Source of the DNA: Mobula hypostoma
Taxonomy: Eukaryota
Direction: 5' to 3'
Length of the DNA: 64,000 bases
Assembly (NCBI RefSeq): GCF_963921235.1
Contig: NC_086097.1
Span: forward strand, 56,484,001 to 56,548,000
Notes under the pieces: generated by a model
Database searches by the model: none
What the model was told of the DNA's origin: nothing
Seen by the model: the letters and a program-made list of their open reading frames with translations, nothing else
Shown here: in pieces, positions 13,306 to 26,380 of the stretch
Position numbering within the stretch: position 1 is the first letter of the stretch
Layout of the letters: each line of letters starts with the position of its first letter
Translations under genes and position numbers: made by a program

Positions 13306-14258
13306 AACTTTATACTTTATACTTTATTGTCGTCAAACAATTGATACTAGAATGTACAATCATCACAGCGATATTTGATTCTGTGCTTCGCACTCCCTGG
13401 AGTACAAATCGATAGTACATATTAAAAATTTTAATTATAAATCATAAATAGAAAATAGAAAATGGAAAGTAAGGTAATGCAAAAAAAACTGAGAGGCAGG
13501 TCTGGATATTTGGAGAGTACGGCCCAGATCTGGGTCAGGATCCTTTCAGCAGTCTTATCACAGTTGGAAAGAAGCTGTTCCCAAATCTGGCCATACAAGT
13601 CTTCAAGCTCCTGAACCTTCTCCTGGAGGGAAGAGGGATGAAAAGTGTGTTGGCTGGGTGGGTCATGTCCTTGATTATCCTGGCAGCACTGCTCCGACAG
13701 CGTGTGGTGTAAAGTGAGTCCAAGGGTGGAAGATTGGTTTGTGTGATGTGCTGGGCTGTGTTCATGTCTTCTTCCGGTCTTAGACAGGACAACTTCCATA
13801 CCAGGTTGTGATGCACCCTAGAAGAATGCTTTCTACGGTGCTTCTATAAAAATTAGTGAGGGTTTTAGGGGAAGGCCAAATTTCTTTAGTTTTCTCAGGA
13901 AGTAAAGGCGCTAGTGGGCCTTCTTGGCAGTGGACTCTGCTTGGTTGGACCAAGTCAGGTCATTTGTGATATTGACCCCGAGGAACTTAAAGCTTTTGAC
14001 CTGTTCCACTTGCGCACCACCGATGTAAGTTGGGTCGTGCGGTCGGCTACTCCTTCTGAAGTCAACAACCAATTCCTTCATCTTGCTGACGTTGAGGGAT
14101 AGGTTATTGTCTTCGCACCATGCCACCAGGTTCTTAATTTCCTCTCTGTATTCAAACTCATCATTACCCGAGATAAGGCCTACAATTGTGGTGTCATCAG
14201 CAAACTTATATACAGTATTGAGTTCGATGGAAATTTGGCTACACAATCATGGGTGTAC
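13306..14258 (-). mobile_element. Rex1/Babar-type LINE 3' portion
   Basis: ORF 13911-14246 (YKFADDTT, LSLNVSKMKELVVDF, FKFLGV) and ORF 13535-13816 (HPANTLF...RFGNSFFP). Short tandem tail (TATAAAG)n near 13306-13327. Confidence 0.9.
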
Positions 14259-14995
14259 AGTTGCAAAGTTGCAAACAGTTGATCTGGAGTTTGATCCAGG
14301 TAGAAATCCTTCCCTGAAGGACATTAACCAGATAGATTTTTATGACAACACTGTAGTTTTGTGACTGACAACTTTCAAATTAATAAATAAATTTAGATTT
14401 ATTTTCTAGTGTGATTTCATCATTGGTCATTATCAGTCCACCAACATAACTACAATGTGATGTGAGAGAGAGCTCGCTAGGCTAAAAGAAAATGTCATAG
14501 CGTATGGATAGAGCAACACCTGATAAATTAATGCCAGATTTGAAATAGAGATGGGACCAGGGCATTTCTTAATTAGTAAAGAGGAGTGCTTATTGTTAGT
14601 GGTCCTTGATCTGACTATCAGGCCAGTATCAGGAGCTCAGCATAGGTTGTATAGAAGGTTGATTGGACTGTGTTCTGTTGATCAGATTGGGATGGGGTAG
14701 TTAGTCCAAGAAGCAATTGAACCAGGACTACAAATGGCATAAGCTGTCCTTAGAGAAGCAATCTTCAGGCGGTTTTAACCCTATATTGTTAAGGGCTTCT
14801 CTATCCAAAGAACTCTTAATATAGTGAACAAATATTCACATAACATCAGAACACACACAGCACACCATTTGGTCTCACTTGTCTGCTGGCAGCCAGAAAT
14901 ATTACAAGATCACCTTTACTAAAGATGAAGGCAACACACACAAGATGCTGGAGGAACTCAACAGGACCTGCAGATTTTCTCTAGTTTTTTTTTGT

Positions 14996-15309
14996 TGAAG
15001 ATCAGCTTTCTTTGTCACATGTACACTGAAGCATCAAAACACACAGTGAAATGCTTTGTTTTGTGTCAACCCAAATCAGCGAGCATTATACTGGGTGGCA
15101 GCCCCCCCCAATGTCGCCATACTTCTGGTGCCATGCACACAAGCCCCTAACCCTAACCATACGTGGGAGGTAACAGGAGCACCCAGAGGAAATGCACACA
15201 GTCATGAGGAGAACGTAAAACTCATTCAAGCAGCAGGAATTGAACCCCAACAGGTGGAAGCTTACGCTGCAGAGCGATGCGCTAACCCTTATGCTGCCAT
15301 GCTGCCCCA
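14996..15309 (-). mobile_element. tRNA-derived V-SINE (HE1-like)
   Basis: Minus strand has a tRNA-like head with B box GGGTTCAATTCC, then V-domain-like TTTCCTCTGGGTGCTCC. Similar to the copies at 36900 and 53045. Confidence 0.7.
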
Positions 15310-15899
15310 ACGGGTCACCCCATTGTCTAGTTAATAACCAGAAGTCCTTCCAACTCCATATTTTTGATTAAATTCTATAATGTTATCATAGTGGAAATTC
15401 CTGGCCACAAGGTGTTACTTAGATATTATAAAAATATTTGGACTAAAAAGTCTCTAAATCCAAAGACAGTTACTGAGGTAAGTTCTCCTAAACCAATTAT
15501 TATCACACATTTCTCAGAAGCAAAATCTTATTATGTCTAATGACTGGCGTCCTGTAAATATTTGAATGTGTTACCTGAAGACAATGAATGCTGCAAAGTA
15601 ACAGTACTGCACTGGCAGCCACAATGACAGCACACTCCACTCCACTCCAACTATACGACAGGTCCCTCGCTGTGTGTGTACTCTTCCCAGTCCAGCTCAG
15701 TTAATTGGATTCATAAGCTGAAAGCACTTCAGTTCAACCAACAAGAAGGAAAACAGATCATTCTGCCTTTTGTATGAAGCAAATTGAATTACAGAGCTCT
15801 CAAAACCCTTTGCTGCCCTTCCCAGGTAAAAATATTATGATAATTTCTCAGAGCGTTTTTTAATATTTATTGAAAAAATGATAACTTTCTCTCCTTCAA

Positions 15900-16072
15900 A
15901 GTTTTAGACTGAGACACTTTGTCAGGACTATAAAATGTCCTGATGAAGGGTCTAGGCCTGAAATATTGACGGTTTATTCCCCTCTATAGATGCTGCCTGA
16001 CTTGCTGAGTTCCTTCAGCATTTTGGAGATGTTGTCATGATTTCTAGTAACTGCAGAATCTCCTGTGTTTTA
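15900..16072. mobile_element. Short PLE 3'-end remnant with two decayed, head-to-head hammerhead motifs
   Basis: Inverted ...TGTCAGGAC, then GTCCTGATGAAGGGTCTAGGCCTGAAA and the PLE tail GATGCTGCCTGAC...CAGCATTTT. Confidence 0.7.
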
Positions 16073-18189
16073 TACTCTCTTTTGAAGGTTTAGTATATGA
16101 CTGAAAAGCTACTAATTTTAATAGCTACATCAATTTAAGGATAATTTTCAGACAGAAAAGGAAGATAGTTAAAAGATTAGGAAAGGCTGGAGTTCAAAAT
16201 TCAACAGTCAAGGAACACTGATCACATAGAATTTAAGACCATTGCCTCCTTACAGCACCTCAAACTAGTTTTGAAGAAGGGTTTTGGCCTGAAATGTTGA
16301 CTGTTCAATGCAGATTTCCTCCAGTATTTTGTGTGTGAATACCTCAAACATCAGCTTTCCGTTAAGCTCTGTGTATAACCTCTCTGACGTTAGAATGCAA
16401 ATAATTGTTTCACTAAATGCAACCATGTATTTATATGTATTGTGTTTTTAATTATTGTGTTCTTTATCTTGTGTTTTTTTTTGGTTCTGCTTTGGACTAG
16501 GAGTGACAATTATTTTGTTCTCCTTTACATTTGTATACTGGAAATGACATTAAGCAATGTTGAACCTTGGCACAGAAGAGGTTGTAATTACCAGCTACAT
16601 CACAGCTGAATCCTCTGCTGCTGAAAAGGTGACCCTCACCAATTTGATCCAATGCATTTAAGTGAGCAGGAATAGAGAGTCTGGAGCAGTGAAAAATCTA
16701 AGCCAGCATTACTGACTTCCACTGACTTCACTGGCTTCCCTTCTAATGCACAAAAGACCAAGAACATGGTCTTAAGTCCTCACAACAATGCCGTGACTTT
16801 ACAGTTCTGTTCCTTGTTTTCAAATACCACTGTGACATGACTCTGTCCTTTCTAATCACCTCCTCCAGAGTTTCAGCCCTCAGATATCTGTGTTCCTTTA
16901 CTTTCTTGCTGCTGGCACACACCTGATTGTAAATGTTCACACACTAACACATGTGACATTCAGCGGCCAAGAACACCAGCTTCCAAAATTCCACACTTAA
17001 ACTCATCACCTCTCTTATTCTTTAAAATGTCCCTAAAAAGCCACTGCTGCCCTGCCTGTGTTTTTTGGTCATCAGCTTTAACATCTCATGTAGCCTAGTG
17101 TCAAACTTCCAATTCACAAATCTCATAAGTATTTTAATTTTATATGTTAAAGGTGTTATTTAAATGCTTGTTGTTGCTGTTGACTTTGCCTCTTCCCACG
17201 CAGCAAGAAAGCAGTGGAAAGAGTCAACAGTGCAATGGGGTGCAATTCCAATGGAATCATCTCCTCAGTTTTACTCAATTCAGTTACTGTCCAGCCGTTT
17301 GCCTCCCCTTATCATGAGACATGGCTGCAAGCACTGGCCAATAGGAGAAGTCACTGCATTTGATCCATTTTGACAAAGACAATGCAAGTCAAAAGGAAGG
17401 CACACTCTGACGAAAATCACACCTAGCATCTGGGAAAAAGGTGACGGTTGCAGAAAGCCGATCATCACAGATCTCAAGTATTCCCTGGGAGTTTCTCAGA
17501 GTAATATCATGGTTTAATCAATTCCAGCTAATTGACTGATGACCTTTCCTCTACTACGAGATCAGGAGGACCAACATTGCTGGATAACATTCGCACTGTA
17601 TAAGCACCTGGTTATCATTTCCATCAAGACCCAAGCACTACTCACTTGGCCATAGTTGTGCCTGCAGCATTGATATCCAGTCAGTAACCCAGGGATCAGC
17701 ATTAGCTAGGGGCTGGCTATATCAACAATACAAAAATCAGTCAAAGAAGATCAAAAATCTGCAGGTGCTGCAAAAAAAATCATCAGTGGAAGGGCATTTC
17801 TGACAAAGCCTGAAACATTTTTTATCAACAATATGGTCTCAGGAGCAGGAGAAAGGTAGGATGATCAGTGATAATAGATTCATCTAATTCACCCAAAGTC
17901 TCCGCACTGCAATTTCCAGGAGTATTGGGCTTGTGTATTGTGCAGGTGTAGAGGGGTGTGGCCTATCCAGGAGAGGAAAGTTCCCCTGATTATTACCTCC
18001 ATTCGAGATAAACCCATCCTCCTTTGTTACAGGTACACAGTGGCAGTAGCAAGTAATCAGAAATACCTTGTTGGAACTCAGCAAACCTACTTCTGCAAGG
18101 CCTTCAAGACCTTCCACATCTTCCTTCAAGCAAGTCAGATATCACATAACTCCATTACCTCTCTGTGACAGACTAACATGGTATTGCTG

Positions 18190-18432
18190 CACTGGTATTG
18201 AATCTCAGATGAGATGCTACACTGACGACACCAAATTTTAAAGAGCAAGGGGACATGAACAACCTTTATTGGTTAAGATTTATCTCTCAATCAACATCAC
18301 TAAAACAGATTAACTGGTGATTGTCAGGTTTGTTTGTGAGCGCTTGCTGCTCACAAAGTGGCCATTGCATTTTCTGCTCTACAGCAGTTAAAACAGCTCA
18401 AAGATTTTCACTGACAGTAAAGCGCGTTAAGA
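18190..18432 (+). mobile_element. Ancient DeuSINE-like remnant (SacSINE/AmnSINE type)
   Basis: ATTTATCTCTCAATCAACATCACTAAAACAGATTAACTGG...GCTTGCTG...GTAAAGCGC resembles the Deu domain and tail as recalled. Confidence 0.5.
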
Positions 18433-19254
18433 TTTTTTCTCTCTCCTTGGACACAAATTGCTCTTCCTTCATCATCATAAGATCAAATTTTTGCTTTTTC
18501 TTACCCAGCACTAATGTGGAGGCACATTCACTGTGAGTCCAAGTAGAACAAAATGAAAAGGGATGGGTTATAAAAGTGTTAGCATATCCCAAGGATAAAT
18601 GAGTTACTGCAACTACTCACCAGTGTCAAAATTTTCTTCAAATAATACAGCATGCAAAAAAATGCTGACATTTTCTGTTTAAGATGGTTATTAAAAATTA
18701 AAAATATACCTCAGGTTGTTCTGATTCCAGTGAGTCAACTGGTAATTAAGATACAGCTTAGCGTTTTATAACATTGACGATGAGCTCTGAATGCACCATT
18801 ACCCAGGGACAATGAACGATGAGATGGAAGAGTTCTCGTCCGTATTGTTTAACTGACGTACCTTGAAGCAAGTCACCTTCTGATGTACTTAGAAAAAAAT
18901 GACATCTCTTCACCATTATTTTAGTTCTTGTGGAATGCATGTAGCAAGTGAATTAGAGCAGCTGAAGTGGATGGCATCAGCTATAATGAAGTGCATTGCT
19001 GCATGGTTTTAGTTGAATACAAATATGATGTCTGCACTGGCGCCTCTGCATTTCATCGGATTCGGAGAAGGCGCAATTCTCTCTCTGCTTGTTGATGACA
19101 TCCAAATCTGACATCCAGTATGTACAATATTTTTAATCTTAACTACTGAGAAAATAACTCCTGAGACAGACATTAAAAGGACCAGTTTTATGGTGTAAGC
19201 AGCAGTTGCAGATTTGTATTGGCACTGTATTATTTACTAGTCATTTCTGCTTCA

Positions 19255-20273
19255 AAACCATACAGCCCTCATTGCTGGGGGCAAAGCTCCATTCAATACA
19301 GGTTGGCACTTCCACTGTATCCTGAATAATGAACTACCTGACTGGCAGACCACAGTTTGCGCAGCTTCAGAGCTGTGTGTCAGACATGGCTCTAAGCAGC
19401 ACTGGGGTCCCACAGGGGACTGTATTGGCTCCCTTCCTGTTTACCCTGTATACCTCAGACTTTAGATACAACACTGAGTCATGTCATCTGCAGAAATTCG
19501 CTGATGAATCAGCAATAGTTGGGTGTATAAAGGGAGGACGGGATGATGAATGTAAGGACATGATGGATGACTTTAGCAAATGGTGAAAACTGAATCATCT
19601 GCAGCTCAACATCAGTAAAACAAAGGAAGACTAAGCCTGCATTGCTTCCTGTGACTATTGGTGGTCAGGACATGGCTGTGGTACTTGAGTGGAGCACCAA
19701 CATACAGGCTGTGGACAAGAAGGGCCAGGGTCACCTCTACTTCCTGAGGATACTGAGGTCCTTTGGCTTATGCAGGCCTCTCCTTCACATGTTCTACCAG
19801 TCTGTTGTTGCCAGTACAATCATCTTTGCAGTGGTGTGCTGGGGCAATGGCATCAACATGGGTGATGTCAGCAGGCTCAGTAAACTGATTAGAAAGGCTG
19901 GCTTTGTTTTAGGAGACAAACTGGACACACTAGAGACTGTGGTGGAACAAAGGACCCTACAGAAAATCTCAGCAATTCTGGACAATGTTTCTCACTCTCT
20001 GTATGCCACCTTGGCTGAACAGAGGAGCACTTTTAGTAACAGGCTAAGACAACTGCACTGCTCCAAAGAGCGCTATATAAGATCATTCTTACCCTCAGCC
20101 ATTAGGCTCTATAATGAGTCAACCTATAGCCAGGGAAAGGCTGACCCCACTCTTGTTAGACTGCTTGAGGTAACATATTCTTTATTCTTTCTACTTCTCT
20201 TCTAATATTTATATCTGTGCTCTTGTAATGCTACTGAGACACTGTAATTTCCTTTGGGATATAGCTATCTATC
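19255..20273 (+). mobile_element. Rex1/Babar-type LINE 3' portion
   Basis: ORF 19329-19586 (GVPQGTVLAPFLF, QKFADE) and ORF 19642-20205 (RSFLPSAIRLYN). Same family type as 818-1841. Confidence 0.9.
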
Positions 20274-20384
20274 CTGCAACCATACTTACCGTAGCCTTTG
20301 GTTGAAACACCCAATTTCTCAGCTCAGTCTGATGACAGCCTCATCATTACAAAATGATTGTAGTTTTATGATATGTGCAAGTTT

Positions 20385-20852
20385 CTGGCAAGCGGAACTT
20401 CCCAGTGACCAAATATTTTAATTTTGATTCCCATTCCGACATGTCAGTCTATGGCCTCATCTTGTGACAAGATAAGGCCACTCTCATGGCTGAGGAGCAA
20501 CACTTTATCTGGGTAGTCTCCAACCTGATAGCATGAGTATCAATTACTCCTTCTGGTAAAAAAATATTTTCCCTCCCCCTTCCTTCTCTTTCTCCTATGG
20601 TCCACTCTCCTCTCCTATCAGATTCCTTCTCTCTAGCCCTTTAGCTTTCCAACCCAGCTGGTTCGCCTATCACTTTCTAGATACCCTCATTCCCCTCCCC
20701 ACATGTTTTTATTCTGTCCTGAAGGAGGGTCTAGGCCCAAAACGTCAACTGTTTATCCATTTCCAGGGATGCTGCCTGACCTGCTGAGTTTCTCCAGCAC
20801 TTTGTGTTTGTTGCTTTGGACTTCCAGCATCTGCAGGCTTTCTTGCGTTTAT
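20385..20852 (+). mobile_element. Penelope-like element 3' fragment, decayed
   Basis: End of the GIY-YIG coding region, pyrimidine-rich 3' UTR, degenerate hammerhead near 20716-20751 and the PLE tail. Confidence 0.8.
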
Positions 20853-20904
20853 GATTTACTGTGTGGATCCCATTTAACAGATGTTCATCCAGGATCAAAT
20901 TCTA

Positions 20905-21444
20905 CACCAGTAGCCACTTTATCAGGTGCCTCCTATACCTAATAAAGTGGCCACTGAGTGTATGTTTGGGTCTTCTGCTGCTGCAGCCCATCCACTTCAA
21001 GGTTCAACAGGTTGTGTGCTGAGAGATGCTCCTCTGCATACCATTATTGTAATATTGGTTATCTGAGTTACTGTCTGTCAGCCATTCTCTCACCTCTCTC
21101 ATTAATAAGGCATATTCACCCATTGTACTCCAATTCACTGCATGTTTTGTTTTTTTGCTTTTTGCACCGTTCTCTGTAGAGCTGTAAAGTTTCTAGATGT
21201 CCCAGGAGATCAGCAGTTTCTGAGATATTCAAACCGCCCTGTATGTCTGCAACAATCTTTCCACAGCCAGTCACTTAGATCATATTTCTTCCCCGTTCTG
21301 ATGTTTGGTCTGAACAGCAATTGAACCTCTTTCTTATGACTGCATGCCTTTATGCATTGAGTTGCTGACACATGACTGGCTGATTAGATATTTGCATTAA
21401 TGAGCCGGTGTGCAGATGTACCTAATAAATTGGCCACTGATCGT
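20905..21444. mobile_element. Non-autonomous Tc1/mariner-type DNA element; right TIR interrupted by the Gypsy insertion
   Basis: Left end TA-CACCAGTAGCCACTTTATCAGGT. Inverted copies ACCTAATAAAGTGGCCACTGAGTG-TA at about 20937-20962 and 21420-21440. The last TIR bases (AGTGTA) reappear at 26381-26386. Confidence 0.75.
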
Positions 21445-21661
21445 TGTTGTGCTTGTTCTTAATAAAGACAAACTTAGCGTGGGTAAAACTAACATATATT
21501 TATTTACGGTAATTGGCTTCAGCTCCACATGAGCACCTGCGACTAGCTCATGGCTTCAGCTTGACCCAAGAGCATGCAACCAACTCACCGACATCACTTC
21601 CGGTTCCAGCTGAACCGCCCTCATTGCACAATTTTTTATTATGTACACACATAATGACACA
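21445..21661 (-). repeat. 3' LTR of the Gypsy element
   Basis: Direct repeat of 26154-26380 (TTGTTCTTAATAAAGACAAA, GGGTAAAACTAAC, CATGGCTTCAGCT). Abuts the PPT. Confidence 0.88.
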
Positions 21662-24600
21662 TCTTCCCCCTTTAAAAATCAAACACAATACTATGTCCTC
21701 ATAAACCTGCACGAAACAATAATTCTTTCCAACAAAAATATTTATGTTAATCAATGGTAATGAGCAAATACAGTCCCCCTTATTTGCTCATCAGCTGTCA
21801 ATCAGACTCTGAGGTGGTTTGATGATAATTTTTAGTCTGCTATTTGTCTCCACAGATCTATTGCTTTCACTTGCTGTGTTAATATTAGTGTCTTTCTGAG
21901 AACTCGGAACAATCTGCTGACCCCTTTGGTGTACTGACAGGTGAAGTGTCACAGCTATGGCTTGAAGCTGGTGGTCATAGATCTTTCTCAGTAGTGTTCC
22001 TCGCTCTGTCTGGATCTGGTAGGAACATGGAACAGCTTCCTTTTGCACATATCCTGCATAGACCATGTGTCGAAATCATGATCTCAGATTTGCACTTGAT
22101 CTCTAGGTTTCAAGACTGGTAGGCTTTTCACACCCTTGTTATGATTATTATTTCTATTTATCTTTCCCTTTCTCTTTAGCCAATTTGACCTTGACTGTCC
22201 CTTTAGGTGTCAAAGGGTTTTCGTGTACTGGAAGGTTAGTGTGTATGTGTCGACCCACCAGCATTTGGGCTACTGAAAGGCCATTCTGCAGTGACCACTT
22301 CTGTAGATCATCAGACTTTTGTGGAAGACCTCTTGTCCATCTTGCGCCTTCTTCATGAGACCTTTTATTACCTTGAACAAACTCTCTGCTAGGCCATTAG
22401 ATTTTGGGTGATATGGGCTTGAAGTTATATGTCAAAATCCCCAATAATTAGCAAAGGGCTCAAATTCACAGCTCAAAAATTGTGGACCATTGTCTGATAC
22501 CATTTCACATGGAACTCCGTGACTCACAAACAGCTTTCAGGAAGGTGATAACTGCTTTGCTGGATGTTGATTGCAGTGTTGCATCCTCCAGGTAATTAGA
22601 AAAGTAGTCTGTTACAATAGTGCAACTCTTCCCATTACAATCAAACAAATCCACTCCAGCTTTGAAGTACGACCTGCCTGTTACGGGGTGTGGTGTAAGC
22701 GGTTCTGCTTGCTGCTTTGGTCTGTAGGTAAGACATACTTCACATGAAGCAGTGGTCTGGCTGATGTCCTGGTTCATTTGTGGCCAGTCCATCACTTCAG
22801 AAGTTCTTCACTTACATTTTCCCTCACTAAGATGCCCTTCATGTATCTTCTGGAGCATTTCCTTGCATAGCGACACTGGAATCACAAAACTGTTCCCTTT
22901 GAAGATCATATCTCCTGCAGAGTTCAGCTCTGCATACCCAATAATCCCAAATACCCATTGGACAGTCAATCTTAGTTGCCAGCCATCCTTTCTGTATCTC
23001 TCTTTCAGTACCTTCATTGTTTCATCTCTCCCTGCTGCTGTCCTGATCTCCTCTGTGCTATCAGGAGGTACTAGAAGGGAGGTGACAATCATGTCAGCTT
23101 AGACCTGTATATCTATATTAATCTCATGGTCACTCTTTTCTTTCTTGTCGATGCTCAAGACAACACATCAGCAGCAAACCTATTTTCCCGGAGTGTAGGT
23201 CATCTTCACATCATATTTCTACAACCTTATCAACGTGCACTGTATCCTCATGGGACAGTCATTCAGTGGTTTGGACAAAATTGAGACCAGTGGTTTATGG
23301 TCTGACTCCACTTCAAATGCTTGTCCATAGATGTACTGATGGAACTTTCACATGCATATGTGCTGGCAAGATGCTCTTTTTCTATCTGTGTATAGTTTCT
23401 TTCCACACATGTTAAAGCTCGATGCATAGGCCAGATATTGCCATGTGTCATCATGCTGCTGCAGTAGTACTGCACCAAGGCTATGCTGGGGTGCATCAGC
23501 CAAGACCCTAGGGCACCTTTCTGGATCATAAAACTTCAGCAGGGGCTCAGCCGGTAGGATTCTTTTCAGCCACTGGAAACACTCTTCTTACTCATGAGAC
23601 TAAATCCATTCATTTCACTGCTCAAGGAGTGAACTAAGTGATGAACTTAGCCAGGTAAATCACCATCCCAGGAAATATCTCACCTCCTCTTTGTTTTGAG
23701 GCCTCTCCATGTTCTCAATGGCTGATGTCCTTCTTGGGTCAGGCTTCACTCCCTCTTCTGATATGACATCTCCTATGAAAGTTAGTGTCTTAACACCAAA
23801 CTTACGTTCCTCTTTATTTAATTTCAAATGGACATTCCATCTCACATCTTGCACCTGCCTCAGTTGGGCATCATTTTCTTCTTTGGTGGACCCCCAGGCA
23901 ATGATGCCATCCATCATGGTCTCAACACCAGGTATGCCCTCAGTGATCATGTGGATGGTTTTATGATGGACTTCGGGTGTAGACAGGATCCCATATGGTA
24001 ACCGAAGAAAATGATATCTTCCCTCCGGTGTGTTAAAAGTACAGTCACGAACTTGCCTCATTGAGATTCATCTGCCAAAACCTAGACGACACATTGAGTT
24101 TGCTAAACCACTTGACACCTGCAAACCGGGACTTGATCTCCTCCCATGTTGGCAATTTAAAATGCTCTCTCTTGATGGCTTTATTGAGATCTCTTGGGTC
24201 TAGATATATCCGCAATGCTCCATTTTTCTTTTGCACAATGACTAATGAGCTCACCCAATCTGTTGGTTCTTCAGTTTTCTGCATGACATGTATCTGTTCC
24301 ATGTGTGCTAGGTCTTGTTTATGCTTGTCTCTAAGTGCAAACAGAACTGTCCTGCATATGTGGATAACAGGAGCTACATTCTCATCTACATGAATTTTGT
24401 GTACACCTGGCAAGTATTCAGGCCCTTCAAAGACATCGGCATACTCTTCCATAAGTGAAATGTGGTCATCTTTGGCCTTTGAAGCCACTATGAAAACTCT
24501 CTTCACCAGGTTGAGCTTTTCACATTCACTCAGACCTAATATTGGCTGGACTTGAAGGTCATATGCAGCCCCCATTTAATGGAACATTCTCTCCAGTATA

Positions 24601-24811
24601 GTCTGTCACGTTTAATTTCACTGGGTAAATCTTGCTCTTAACTTTGAGTCTTGTAATCATCCATAGATAACAGATTTACCTGTGCTCCAGTATCAAGCTT
24701 GAATGGAATTACTGTCTCATCCATAGTTATTGGAACAATCTATTCTGTTTTATCAGCACTAGCCGTCTACAAAAACTTCCTCTATTTCCTCAGCAACAAC
24801 ATTCACCTTTA

Positions 24812-25101
24812 CAACAGGAATTCTGCAGATGCTGGAAATTCAAGCAACACACATCAAAGTTGCTGGTGAATGCAGCAGGCCAGGCAGCATCTCTAGGAAG
24901 AGATACAGTCGACGTTTCGGGCCGAGACCCTTCGTCAGGACTAACTGAAAGAAGAGATAGTAAGAGATTTGAAAGTGGGAGGGGGTGGGGGAGATCCAAA
25001 ATGATAGGAGAAGACAGGAGGGGGAGGGATGGAGCCAAGAGCTGGACAGGTAATTGGCAAAAGGGATATGAGAGGATCATGGGCAGGAGGCCCAGGGAGA
25101 A
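24812..25101 (-). mobile_element. Young 5'-truncated PLE 3' end nested in the Gypsy element
   Basis: Closely matches 45731-46020. Flanked by 9-bp TSD TCACCTTTA (24803-24811 and 25102-25110). Confidence 0.9.
24907..24942 (-). ncRNA. Minimal type I hammerhead ribozyme motif (PLE-associated)
   Basis: Minus strand AGUC-CUGACGA-A-GGG-UCUCGG-CCC-GAAA-CG-UC-GACU: stem I, intact core, stem II, loopless palindromic stem III and a GUC cleavage triplet. Confidence 0.75.
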
Positions 25102-25258
25102 TCACCTTTATTTTGGTGGCCCCAGCATTGCAGCATTTTGAAAAATGACTCCCCTTCTGACAATTATTGCAGGACTTTCCATAAGCAGGACAAGTCTTTA
25201 GGATGTGCCTACCTCCATTTTTGCTGCATTTGCAGTTTGAGCCTACCTCTTTACTATG

Positions 25259-25386
25259 TTAAACACAAAATACTCTGCAGATGCTGGGGTCAAAGCAACA
25301 CTCACAACACCCTGGAGGAACTCAGCAGGTCAGGCGGCATCCGTGGAAATGATGAGTCGATGGCTCTGGCGCTAAACATCGGCTCA
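25259..25386 (-). mobile_element. PLE 3' tail insertion nested in Gypsy gag
   Basis: Matches the 55350-55444 tail. 11-bp TSD TCTTTACTATG (25248-25258 and 25387-25397). Confidence 0.85.
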
Positions 25387-26153
25387 TCTTTACTATGCTG
25401 TTGCTTTGGGAAACATCTTGTGTTTGGCCCTGCGCAGCTCCCCAGCTTGTGATTGTGTGGTCTCTGCTGCCCTACACATAACCACAGCCTTTTCCAGCAT
25501 TAAATCTTTTTCGCAGAGAAATCTTTCTTGGGGTTCATTATTGGAAGCTCCGCAAGCTACTTTGTCTCCAGCTAGTGAGTATCTCAAAATCTCCAAACTC
25601 ACAGGACTTATTCAGTGTGTGAAGCTCAGCTAAATATTGGTCAAAACTAACACCTTGTTTCTGGTGACAGGAAAAGAACTTATATCTTTCAAATATGATG
25701 TTTTTACTTGGGACAAAATACTCCTCAAATGTTGTCATCAGAATGTCCAATGTAAAAGTTGTCTCATCAACCTGACAGCTTTTATAGATGCCAAAAACAA
25801 CTTTCTTAATTAACTGTAGAAGGATAAACACTTTCAACTTTTCATCTGCCCCCTCCCCCATTCTATTCGCTGCTAAATATACTATATATTGAATCACTCT
25901 TTGAAGCGTTTCCAGTTATCAGTTAGATTGCCAGTAAACTGCATTGGTGCAGGAGGACTTAGCTTATCCTCGGCAGAATTTTCAGGCTCTCACCTAAATC
26001 ACTCAGTGAATTCGGTGAACAATGGCTGCTTCAAGACACTAAGTGCTCCCTGTCCGGCAATTTCTCTCCGTCAGAGCCTAGCGCCTCTTTCTGAGTCGCT
26101 CGCAGTATTCATTTACGCTCCGTGCTTAGACCTCACGCCAACTGTTGACATCA

Positions 26154-26380
26154 TGTTATGTTTGTTCTTAATAAAGACAAATTCAGCATGGGTAAAACTA
26201 ACACATATTTATTTACAGCAATGCTTCAAACGAGTGCATGCAACCAGTGCATGCTCATGGCTTCAGCTCGACCCAAGCAGATGCAACCAGCTCACCAACA
26301 TCACTTCGAGTTCCAGGTGAACCGCCAGCATTGCACACTGGGAACTGAAGTTCTTTATTATTTATACACATAATAACTCA
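26154..26380 (-). repeat. 5' LTR of the Gypsy element
   Basis: Direct repeat of 21445-21661. Followed on the minus strand by a decayed PBS resembling TGGTGTCAGAAG. Confidence 0.88.

Larger units (their letters stand above)
21445..26380 (-). mobile_element. Gypsy/Ty3 LTR retrotransposon, full structure but heavily mutated (gag-PR-RT-RH-INT)
   Basis: Related TG...CA LTRs at 26154-26380 and 21445-21661. PBS-like TGATGTCAACAG follows the 5' LTR and PPT AAAGGGGGAAGA precedes the 3' LTR. Gag remnants at 25400-25970. RT at 23660-24400 (LRIYLDPRDLN, FLRLPYG), RNase H (NYTQIEKE) and integrase (IHEGH, CEVC, GVDLF), in Gypsy order. Many stops and frameshifts. Confidence 0.93.

Noticed and set aside
17200..18170. 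Possible very old LINE/PLE fragments
   Set aside because: Too decayed to classify or delimit by eye.
21445..26380. Active or domesticated Gypsy (gag/integrase gene)
   Set aside because: Numerous stops and frameshifts, a broken RT catalytic motif (MMDG) and two nested insertions.
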